Positions 24,663-32,000 of a DNA stretch of 32,000 nt are shown here, in pieces; the first letter of the stretch is position 1; the number at the start of each line of letters is the position of its first letter. Location of the stretch: positions 210,001 to 242,000 of the forward strand of contig CP064967.1 in assembly GCA_016699265.1 (NCBI GenBank), in the 5' to 3' direction. A model generated the notes under the pieces. The model was not told the origin of the DNA. It did not search any database and saw only the letters and a program-made list of their open reading frames with translations. The DNA comes from Candidatus Saccharimonadota bacterium. GTDB lineage: Bacteria > Patescibacteriota > Microgenomatia > UBA1406 > GWC2-37-13. The position numbers and the translations under genes were made by a program.

Positions 24663-25634
24663 ATGGGAATAAGAGAAGCGATACTGCGGTTTTTGGAGTA
24701 CTCGGAGCTTGATCGTAATCTCTCCCTAAAGACCGTAAAAATGTATGGGTACTATCTTGGGTTCTTCCAAGATTGGCTGTTGAAAAATAAGATGCCAGAC
24801 TTTGCCGATCGCGTGAAGGCTGGTGAGCAACCAGATTATGAGATAGAAAAAATTACTGAGGAGGATATCCGCAGTTTTCGTCTCTATCTTTCACATAACT
24901 ACAAAAATCCCCACAAAGGACCTCTTGCAAGGCAGACTCAGACATATTTCTTAGTAGCGCTTCGATCTTTCTTAAAGTATCTCTCAAAGCAAAGATTCAA
25001 GGTTATTCCTGCTGAGGTAATTGAACTTGGTAAATCCCGAGATAGAAAGATCAAGCATCTTGAAGAAGACAAACTCACCTTACTTTTTAAGAGCGTGGAC
25101 GTTAAGAACGAAATGGGAGTGCGAGACCGAGCTTTGCTTGAGATGTTGTTCTCTACGGGTCTTCGTGTATCTGAGCTGGTTGCGCTTAATCGAGATAAAA
25201 TCAATTTGCAAAGCGGTGAGATAGGAGTTATTGGTAAAGGTGGCAAGGCACGCGTTGTGTTTCTCACCACAGATGCGAAGGAATGGCTAAGAAAATATTT
25301 TGATATTCGCAAAGATCCCTATAATCCCCTTTTTATTCGATACTCAGGTCCGACCTCTGGCGAAGGTCTCAACAGTGAGAAGCAAAGATTATCTGTGAGA
25401 TCAATAGAGCGGCTCATTGAGAAGTATCGAAAGAAAGCGGGTCTTGTAGAGAAAATTGGACCCCACGTTTTGAGACATTCATACGCTACCGACCTTCTTT
25501 CACATGGTGCAGATATTCGATCCGTTCAGATGATGTTGGGTCATAGCAATATTTCAACGACTCAGATCTATACCCATATTACAGATCCAAAACTTAAGGA
25601 GATCCATGCGAAGTACCACAGCGGTAACAAGTAA
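24663..25634 (+). CDS. Tyrosine recombinase, XerC/XerD type
   Basis: N-terminal SAM-like domain; catalytic region ..RDRALLEMLFSTGLRVSEL.., HVLRHSYATDLL, MLGHSNISTTQIYTHI. Confidence 0.9.
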   Translation: MGIREAILRFLEYSELDRNLSLKTVKMYGYYLGFFQDWLLKNKMPDFADRVKAGEQPDYEIEKITEEDIRSFRLYLSHNYKNPHKGPLARQTQTYFLVALRSFLKYLSKQRFKVIPAEVIELGKSRDRKIKHLEEDKLTLLFKSVDVKNEMGVRDRALLEMLFSTGLRVSELVALNRDKINLQSGEIGVIGKGGKARVVFLTTDAKEWLRKYFDIRKDPYNPLFIRYSGPTSGEGLNSEKQRLSVRSIERLIEKYRKKAGLVEKIGPHVLRHSYATDLLSHGADIRSVQMMLGHSNISTTQIYTHITDPKLKEIHAKYHSGNK

Positions 25635-25718
25635 TTTTTAGTTTTTAGTTTTTAGTTTTTATTAAATTTTTAAAAAATATAATTTCAATACAAATTACAA
25701 ATTAAAAATTAATAATTC

Positions 25719-27158
25719 ATGAAGAAGATACTCTGGTTTTTTATCTCTGTCTACATAATCTTCTTCTCTACCTTTTCTGTCCTTCGGTATCGCAATATGT
25801 ATGCCAACTACTTCGATCTGGGAATAATGCATCATGTTGTGTACAACAGTTATAAAGCTTTACAGACTGGAGATTTTGGGAGATTTTTAGAGCATACCGA
25901 TCCCACAGGTCCCACGCAGCTCATTCGCTCAGCCGTTCACAACGATATTATTCTCGCTCTTTTTGCACCGTTGTATTTCCTTTATCCATCTCCTGAGGTA
26001 CTGCTCGTTACGCAGTCTGTAGTTCTTGGACTGGGAGCGTTGGCGGTATATGGGATAGGAATGCATGTGCTGAAAAAAATTACGCATCCCGAACTGTACT
26101 CACTTATTTTTGCAGTTAGTTATCTCTTCTACGTGCCTCTACAGCTCGCTAATCGTTTCGACTTTCATTCGGTGGTACTCAGCACTTCATTTCTATTATT
26201 CATGTTTTATTATTGGCTCGAGAAAAAGCATTCATGGAGTTTGCTTTTTTTAGTTTTGAGTTTGATCACCAAGGAGCAGGTGGGGCTAACAACAGCATTA
26301 TTTGGAATATATGTTGTGTTACTGAATTTAAAATTTAAAATTTTTAATTTAAATTCAAACTTTAAATTTCTAATTTCAAATTATAAAACAGACAAAAATA
26401 TAAGGTTTGGGTTGCTCGTATCTACTTTCAGTGTAGTCTGGGTTCTGTTCTCATTTTTCGTGATGATCCCCTTTTTCAGAGGGGAAGGTCACTTCGCCAC
26501 CAGTAGGTATGAAAATATCAATATAATCTCTACGTTATTTAGAAAGAGCACCTTCGAGTATCTGTGGAACCTGTTTGCACCACTTGGATTTTTGTCTTTG
26601 CTCTCCCCTGTGATTTTAATTGCATTGCCAGAGTTCGCAATTAATCTTCTCTCGCAAGAAGCAAACATGAGGAGTGTGGTTTTTCACTACACGGCAGTTA
26701 TTACTCCATTTATTTTTATCTCAGCAATATATGGTCTTCGAAGAGCATATCGTCTCTCACCTCATGTCGCTCATTTATTCTTCGGTATCGCACTTTTATA
26801 TTCAGCATATTTCTCCATCACTATGAGCCCACTTCCTTATTCAGTACAGAGGGATCTCTATGTGTTCTCTCCACAGAAAAATGCAAAGGATGCTCGAGAA
26901 TGGGAGTATAGGCTTCAAGACGATTCTATCCCCGTTGCAGCAACCGGGAACGTCGGCACATTCTTGAGCTCTCGCCGAAAGTTCTATTACTTTTCGCAAT
27001 ATTACGATCTTGCCGATTATGTTATCATAAGACCTAGTGAGATCTTTACATACCACGATAAAGAAACGCTAATTCCGGTCTATCAAAAGCTCGTCCGCGA
27101 TCTACGGTATGTGCTAATAGATAAGAGGGAAAACTTTGAGGTATACAAACGTTTATAA
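25719..27158 (+). CDS. DUF2079-family polytopic membrane protein (putative envelope glycosyl/arabinosyl-transferase-like)
   Basis: YFDLGIMHHVVYN ... HNDIILALFAPLYFLYPSPEVLLVTQSVVLGLGALAVY is the typical DUF2079 pattern. Confidence 0.8.
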   Translation: MKKILWFFISVYIIFFSTFSVLRYRNMYANYFDLGIMHHVVYNSYKALQTGDFGRFLEHTDPTGPTQLIRSAVHNDIILALFAPLYFLYPSPEVLLVTQSVVLGLGALAVYGIGMHVLKKITHPELYSLIFAVSYLFYVPLQLANRFDFHSVVLSTSFLLFMFYYWLEKKHSWSLLFLVLSLITKEQVGLTTALFGIYVVLLNLKFKIFNLNSNFKFLISNYKTDKNIRFGLLVSTFSVVWVLFSFFVMIPFFRGEGHFATSRYENINIISTLFRKSTFEYLWNLFAPLGFLSLLSPVILIALPEFAINLLSQEANMRSVVFHYTAVITPFIFISAIYGLRRAYRLSPHVAHLFFGIALLYSAYFSITMSPLPYSVQRDLYVFSPQKNAKDAREWEYRLQDDSIPVAATGNVGTFLSSRRKFYYFSQYYDLADYVIIRPSEIFTYHDKETLIPVYQKLVRDLRYVLIDKRENFEVYKRL

Positions 27159-27322
27159 ATTAACCTAATTGATCTAATTCCTAATTAACCTAAATAATAT
27201 AAAAATCCCAAGCGCTAATTGGGAATTGGGTATTTGTTTAGACCTGCTTGTCGATAGGTAGGAAATAGAATAATTAGAACATTAGTAATTGAATAAAAAC
27301 TAAAAAATTCAAATTAAAAATT

Positions 27323-28210
27323 ATGATTAGCGTTATTGTTCCATTCCACAACGAAAAAGAAAATTTACCGGCTCTTCTTGAGCGTCTCAACAAAGTTCTT
27401 GGTGGTCTTAAGGAAAAGAGTGAAATCATCTTGGTCGATGATGGATCTACCGATGAGTATGCTGTAGATGCAAAGGTCGTCGTGCATCGCAAACAGCTAG
27501 GGAAGGGCCGAGCCTTAGAGACCGGACTTGCCAACTCGAAAGGGGACGTGATTGTTTTTATGGACGCAGATCTTCAGGATAGTCCTGAAGAAATACCGCT
27601 TTTTCTGGAGGAGATCGAAAAAGGTTCGGACCTCGTCAATGGATGGAGAAAGAAAAGGATTGATCCGATCTCTAAGACTCTGCCTTCATCGATCTTTAAC
27701 GCTATACTGCTTAAGCCGCTCCTCCACTCTACCTTTCACGACATCAACTGTGGTTTTAAGGCGATGCGTCGAGAGGTACTTGAGGAAATTCCACTCTATG
27801 GTGATAATTATCGATTTTTACCAATACTTGCTCATCAGCGAGGCTTTAAAACATCTGAGGTAGTTGTAACGCACTCCCCTCGTCTCAAGGGTAAGTCTAA
27901 GTACGGTGTGAAGAGAATTATGTACGGACTTTTTGATACCGTTACCACCTACTTTGTATTTAAGTTTTCCGAAAAGCCTCTGCACTTTTTTGGTCCTATC
28001 GGTGGGGTTGCTTTTATTCTCGGATCGATAATTACTCTCGAGCTAACAATTGAGCGATTATTCTATGGTGTTGAGTTATATAAGAGGCCTCTTCTTCTTG
28101 CCGGAATTTTCTTGATCATTATTGGTCTACAGGTTATCTTGACGGGAGTACTCGCAGAACTAATAGTGTTTTTGCACAAATCTAAATATCAAAATTCCAA
28201 TATCAAATAA
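27323..28210 (+). CDS. Family-2 glycosyltransferase (polyprenyl-phosphate glycosyltransferase, GtrB/DPM1-like) with two C-terminal TMs
   Basis: ISVIVPFHNEKENL, VDDGSTD, FMDADLQD. Confidence 0.9.
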   Translation: MISVIVPFHNEKENLPALLERLNKVLGGLKEKSEIILVDDGSTDEYAVDAKVVVHRKQLGKGRALETGLANSKGDVIVFMDADLQDSPEEIPLFLEEIEKGSDLVNGWRKKRIDPISKTLPSSIFNAILLKPLLHSTFHDINCGFKAMRREVLEEIPLYGDNYRFLPILAHQRGFKTSEVVVTHSPRLKGKSKYGVKRIMYGLFDTVTTYFVFKFSEKPLHFFGPIGGVAFILGSIITLELTIERLFYGVELYKRPLLLAGIFLIIIGLQVILTGVLAELIVFLHKSKYQNSNIK

Positions 28211-28238
28211 AGCCTAAAATCTTAAATTCAAATATTTA

Positions 28239-28286
28239 AACTTTGAGCTTTGAATTTTGTTTGGCATTCGAACTTTGAGCTTTGAA
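28239..28286. repeat. Two perfect 16-nt direct repeats AACTTTGAGCTTTGAA (28239-28254 and 28271-28286), each containing CTTTGA twice
   Basis: Read directly from the sequence. 32-nt period, ending 8 nt before the EamA gene ATG. Confidence 0.7.
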
Positions 28287-28294
28287 ATTTTAAT

Positions 28295-29200
28295 ATGAAT
28301 CCATTTCTCGCAATCATAATAGCGAATGTAATCATGGGCGTGACGGCGCCAATTATGAAGATGGGACTTACTGAGATTCCACCTTTTATATTGGCATTTA
28401 TTCGCTTTGCAAGCGCATCACTACTGATCGCTCCATTTGTCGTTTCTCGCTGGCAACCACTTGCTAAGAAGGATTGGGCTCTTCTATTACTCGCCGGAAT
28501 AAGCGGTATAGGACTTCATATAGGGTTTTTTTTCCTAGGATTGCAGCGAACTCAAAGTATTGTCGCGCCGGTAATTGCCTCTTCAGGTCCTGTTATTTTG
28601 TACGCGATTGCACTGTTTTTTTTGCGTGAAAAATTTAACCTCAAAAAATTCTATGGAATGATTATTTCACTGGGAGGAATTATGACGATAGTTCTTGCGC
28701 CTCTAATTCTCAATGGCACAGTAGTCCACCATCAACAATCTATTGGAAACTTACTTTTGTTTGTTGCAACTATTTTTGGAGTTCTTCACGCATTCTTTAT
28801 TAAGAAGTTGTCAGGAAAGGTCGGAGCACTACAAATATCTCTTGTAGTTTTTGTATCAGGAGCTCTATGTTTTTTACCGTTCACATTCGGCGAGATGCAG
28901 AGTTGGTCAATTGAGGAAGTCACCGCACGTGGTTGGTTTGCCTTATTGTTTGGAATATTTTTTGTTTCTCTTGGTGCGTATACCTTAATTCATTACGCAC
29001 TAAATAAAATCAACGCATCAGACGTTGGAATGTTCGCCTATATGGATCCGGTTGTAGCGCTTCTTGTTGCATGGCCATTGTTGGGTGAAAAGCCTGATAT
29101 TTTCTACTTTATCGGTTCCCTGTTGGTTTTTGGTGGAATATATCTTGCCGAGGGACGACTACACTGGCATCCGTTTCATAAGCTCAAGGATAGTTTTTAA
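28295..29200 (+). CDS. DMT-superfamily (EamA-like) transporter
   Basis: 301 aa with about 10 hydrophobic segments and the duplicated EamA-type architecture. Confidence 0.85.
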   Translation: MNPFLAIIIANVIMGVTAPIMKMGLTEIPPFILAFIRFASASLLIAPFVVSRWQPLAKKDWALLLLAGISGIGLHIGFFFLGLQRTQSIVAPVIASSGPVILYAIALFFLREKFNLKKFYGMIISLGGIMTIVLAPLILNGTVVHHQQSIGNLLLFVATIFGVLHAFFIKKLSGKVGALQISLVVFVSGALCFLPFTFGEMQSWSIEEVTARGWFALLFGIFFVSLGAYTLIHYALNKINASDVGMFAYMDPVVALLVAWPLLGEKPDIFYFIGSLLVFGGIYLAEGRLHWHPFHKLKDSF

Positions 29201-29267
29201 TTTTTATTTCTTATTTATTATTAAATTTTTAGGTACTAATTTACCGTTTTTAAAACTATAATAGGCT

Positions 29268-30284
29268 ATGGCAAAGGTATTAATTACTGGAGCGGGTGGA
29301 TATATCGGCGTTAACACGGCTAAGCTATTTTTGGCTGCGGGATACACTGTTGTTGCGCTCGATAATTTTTCTCAAGGATTCAAACAGCCTTTAGAACTAC
29401 TACAGAAAGAGTTTGGTCAAGAGAAGCTTTTCATCTACTCAGCCGATCTAACCGTAGACGGTGGTGCCGAGGTCTTTGCAAAAGAACCCGGTATAGATGC
29501 TGTCTTGCACTTTGCTGCTCTGCTCAATGTTGGTGAGAGTATGCATGTTCCTGAAAAATATTTCACGAATAACGTTATTGGCACGCAGAAACTATTACAG
29601 CAAGTTATCATTAGTCATATTCAACGCTTCATCTTTAGTAGTAGTTGTACTGTCTATGGAGAAGTGAACAATCCTCCTGTTGACGAAACTTTTCCTCTTC
29701 AACGACCGGCAAGTGCATACGGAGCCACAAAAAAAATATGTGAAGAAATACTTGAGTGGTATGATCAATTGGGAAAACTGAAATACATTTCACTTCGATA
29801 CTTCAATGTTTGTGGTGCAAGCGACGATGGTGTTCTTGGAGATGCTAAGCGAGAGACATTTGGACTCATGCAAAATGCGATCAAGGGAGCCTTAGGACTC
29901 AAACAATTCGAACTTAATTATCAGAAGGTCTCAACTCCAGATGGGAGTCCTGTTCGGGACTATATAAACGTTGTTGATCTTGCAGATGCCCATGTGAAGG
30001 CCTATGAATATCTAGTAAAAAATGATAAAAGCGAGGTCTTTAATTTAGGAACAGGAACCGGCAACAGCGTACTACAGGTAATAAATGAGATAAAGCGAGT
30101 GATGGGTGTTGATTTTCCTGTTGCTGACTCAGCACAAAGACGAATTGGTGAAGTTGCACAAATTTTTGCGAACTACTCGAAGGCAAAGTCACTTCTTGGC
30201 TGGGAGCCAACCCACTCACTAGAGCAAAGCATTAAGACGCTCGCAAAGTTCTATAAAGATCATCCAAACGGTTGGAATCATTAG
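29268..30284 (+). CDS. galE: UDP-glucose 4-epimerase (SDR family)
   Basis: VLITGAGGYIG Rossmann motif, SSSCTVYG, YGATK catalytic motif, 338 aa. Confidence 0.88.
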   Translation: MAKVLITGAGGYIGVNTAKLFLAAGYTVVALDNFSQGFKQPLELLQKEFGQEKLFIYSADLTVDGGAEVFAKEPGIDAVLHFAALLNVGESMHVPEKYFTNNVIGTQKLLQQVIISHIQRFIFSSSCTVYGEVNNPPVDETFPLQRPASAYGATKKICEEILEWYDQLGKLKYISLRYFNVCGASDDGVLGDAKRETFGLMQNAIKGALGLKQFELNYQKVSTPDGSPVRDYINVVDLADAHVKAYEYLVKNDKSEVFNLGTGTGNSVLQVINEIKRVMGVDFPVADSAQRRIGEVAQIFANYSKAKSLLGWEPTHSLEQSIKTLAKFYKDHPNGWNH

Positions 30285-30337
30285 TCTTTCTACATCGTTC
30301 CCGACAGGACCTTCCTATAGGCAGACAGGCGTGAGGA

Positions 30338-30367
30338 CGACTAAGTTTCTCTTAGTCGCTTTTTTTC
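30338..30367 (+). terminator. Rho-independent terminator of galE, overlapping the 3' codons of the convergent gene
   Basis: 8-bp stem CGACTAAG/CTTAGTCG, loop TTTCT, then CTTTTTTT. Confidence 0.65.
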
Positions 30368-30693
30368 ATTGAGTTTAAGAAGCCTCCGACGATTGACAGA
30401 GTGATACTGAATAGAAGAGCGGGCCAAAATCCATTCACCGAAAACCCAGGCACAATGTTTCCCGCAAGTATTACCAATCCTGCGTTTATGATGAGTGTAA
30501 AAAGTCCGAGCGTAAGAATGGTTATGGGAAGAGTAAGAAGAATAAGAATTGGTTTGATAACGGTATTAAGAATTCCAAGAACTACTGCTAGAATAACTGC
30601 GGTATAAAGATCGGCTACGTGGATTCCAGGGATTATATATGAGGAAATGAGAACAGCGGCGGTACTAATAAATAGATTTACAACAAGTCCCAT
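30352..30693 (-). CDS. DUF360 / holin superfamily IV small membrane protein
   Basis: 113 aa with 3-4 TMs. The pattern ..VVLGILNTVIKPILILLTLPITILTLGLFTLIINA.. is typical of this family. Confidence 0.75.
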   Translation of the reverse strand: MGLVVNLFISTAAVLISSYIIPGIHVADLYTAVILAVVLGILNTVIKPILILLTLPITILTLGLFTLIINAGLVILAGNIVPGFSVNGFWPALLFSITLSIVGGFLNSMKKSD

Positions 30694-30738
30694 ACCGTCA
30701 ATTTATCATAAATTTTGTTATTTTGCTATAATCTCTGA

Positions 30739-31500
30739 ATGTCTGGTGCTCATGTTGCCGCTATTATTTTAGCCGCAGGTAAAGGAACGCGAATGAAATC
30801 AACCACCGAAAATAAGGTTGCTCTCCCCTTTCATGGTAAGCCAATTATCAAGTACGCAGTCGAGGTAATGCAGTCTGTAGCGTCTGAGGTCGTAGTTGTC
30901 GTGGGTTCTTTGGCCGAGACGGTGAAAATCTCACTTGAGGGTATGAAAGTTACTTATGCCTATCAAGCAGATCAACTTGGGACCGGCCATGCGCTTCAGG
31001 TTGGATTCAAGGAACTGGAAATCAAAAAGCCGGATATGATCCTTGTTGGATACGGGGACCACATGATGTTTTATAAATCTGCAAGGTTGAATGATTTGGT
31101 TGCACTTCACCAAAATGAGGGAGCTTCTTTGTCGTTGTTGACAGCAATATACGACGATCCAAATAGTCTTGCTTGGGCAAGAGTACTAAGAAATGAAAAA
31201 AAAGAGGTTATCGGATTAGCTGAGCAGAAAGATGCGACAGATGACCAGCGAAGTATTCAAGAAATTAATCCTGGAATGTACTGTTTTAGTTATGATTTTC
31301 TTGAGGAATACCTCCCACAGATTACAAAGTCAGCGGTAACTCAAGAGTACTATCTTACCGAACTTCTGGAGCTCGCATATGATCATGGAAAGAAGATCGT
31401 CGCGCTTCCCGTACCATTTGAGGAAGTAGGAATTGGAATCAATCGACCTGAGGAGCTTGATAAGAGCCAAAATCTTTATAATAAGGTAAGTAAGTCTTAG
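30739..31500 (+). CDS. Sugar-phosphate nucleotidyltransferase (GlmU N-terminal-domain-like)
   Basis: AIILAAGKGTRMKS, ..QLGTGHAL.., 253 aa with no acetyltransferase LbH domain. Confidence 0.85.
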   Translation: MSGAHVAAIILAAGKGTRMKSTTENKVALPFHGKPIIKYAVEVMQSVASEVVVVVGSLAETVKISLEGMKVTYAYQADQLGTGHALQVGFKELEIKKPDMILVGYGDHMMFYKSARLNDLVALHQNEGASLSLLTAIYDDPNSLAWARVLRNEKKEVIGLAEQKDATDDQRSIQEINPGMYCFSYDFLEEYLPQITKSAVTQEYYLTELLELAYDHGKKIVALPVPFEEVGIGINRPEELDKSQNLYNKVSKS

Positions 31501-31973
31501 CTTCCATTTTTCTCGAAGTACTCCACTAGTTCGTTTGCATAGTCCAGTCTTTCACTTGGTAAGGAAATTCGTACATTACTCATGTTCTCAAGCAACTTGT
31601 CATCTTTATATCTAGGGAAGATGTGCATATGATAATGTAACGCGTGTTGTCCTCCGTCAGGTTCATTGTTCTGTTGTAAGGTAATTCCCTCACACTTTCT
31701 AAGATCTTTTAAAGCAACTGCAACACGTTTTGCAATCTTCATTATTTGCTGATCTACCTCAGCAGGCATATCGTAGAAGTTTTCATAATGCACATTGGGA
31801 AATATGATTACGTGCCCTGGGTTATTTCCTACAAACTTGGAGTTGATAGCAGCGCTGACGAGATCGTCTTTGTAAAAAATATCATCCTGCATCATCATAG
31901 TATCTTCACTTTCGATTCCCGAAATAGAGATACACAGAGGACATTTGTAATTGTCTGGAGCATGGTTGTGCAT
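31497..31973 (-). CDS. HIT-family hydrolase
   Basis: Histidine triad HALHYHMHIFPR and an N-terminal CPLC motif. Confidence 0.9.
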   Translation of the reverse strand: MHNHAPDNYKCPLCISISGIESEDTMMMQDDIFYKDDLVSAAINSKFVGNNPGHVIIFPNVHYENFYDMPAEVDQQIMKIAKRVAVALKDLRKCEGITLQQNNEPDGGQHALHYHMHIFPRYKDDKLLENMSNVRISLPSERLDYANELVEYFEKNGS

Positions 31974-32000
31974 ATTTGAAGGGTGAAAACTGGAGCGGGA

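Noticed and set aside
24663-25634. The tyrosine recombinase as the integrase of a mobile element delimiting an island
   Set aside because: It has a Xer-type length and motifs. No flanking direct repeats or phage/plasmid genes are present, and the neighbouring genes are ordinary envelope and transport genes. It is most simply the chromosomal XerC/D.
25636-25665. Tandem TTTTTAG heptamers (3-4 units) after the xer gene, considered as a CRISPR or minisatellite array
   Set aside because: The unit is far too short, has no spacers and shows no repeat-spacer periodicity. It looks like simple AT-rich slippage in an intergenic spacer.
30352-30693. The holin-superfamily-IV (DUF360) protein as evidence of a prophage lysis cassette
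   Set aside because: No endolysin, spanin, capsid or terminase genes are nearby. This family is widespread as a chromosomal membrane protein.
1-32000. Search for CRISPR arrays, rRNA genes, transposases/IS elements and integron attC sites
   Set aside because: No regularly spaced 25-40-nt repeats, no rRNA-like conserved blocks, no DDE or serine transposase ORFs and no GTTRRRY-bounded attC-like sites were seen.

Overview
This is a gene-dense, AT-rich bacterial chromosome fragment. The gene content and style (small ORFs, a DUF2079/GT2/EamA/GalE envelope cluster, TfoX, many TATAAT boxes only 5-9 nt from the ATG) suggest a small-genome uncultivated lineage such as Patescibacteria/CPR; that placement is inference only. 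Layout: (1) 1-4.3 kb holds an HlyD-type adaptor gene cut by the window edge, two disordered paralogous hypothetical proteins, a PNPOx-like protein, a MIP/aquaporin channel and an unknown 145-aa protein. (2) About 4.5-14.0 kb is a visibly more AT-rich accessory island in which six consecutive genes are broken. These are an FtsK-gamma wHTH protein, a DUF2130 protein, a GHKL/HSP90-like ATPase, a two-domain FokI-type adenine methylase, an AlwI/BstNBI-family type IIS endonuclease and a DUF2779 PD-(D/E)xK protein. One intact HAD-like gene (4904-5323) sits among them. Most breaks are 1-nt indels in homopolymer runs, and one is a TAA nonsense codon. (3) 14.1-16.9 kb holds an orphan PemK/MazF toxin plus a small-protein/Y-family-polymerase operon divergent from an SRAP (YedK-like) gene across a perfect GAAC-N4-GTTC SOS box. 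(4) 17-32 kb is ordinary: DUF1905, GIY-YIG, tRNA-Ser, aldo/keto reductase, TfoX, DUF1761, S9-like hydrolase, tRNA-Leu, phosphodiester glycosidase, an ABC-2 transporter, a Xer recombinase, the envelope glycosylation cluster, a DUF360/holin-family protein, a nucleotidyltransferase and a HIT protein. Two things are most worth a second look. First, two toxin-like genes (MazF-like 14200-14592; unknown 3818-4255) have no antitoxin ORF. They share a homologous leaderless promoter and a homologous convergent promoter module (TTGACTGG-N9-TGGTATAAT) that would make short RNAs antisense to their 3' ends. Second, a three-copy ~68-nt intergenic element has conserved helices, G-U-compatible substitutions only on the + strand, and an 11-nt hypervariable loop. 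No CRISPR array, rRNA or transposase was seen.
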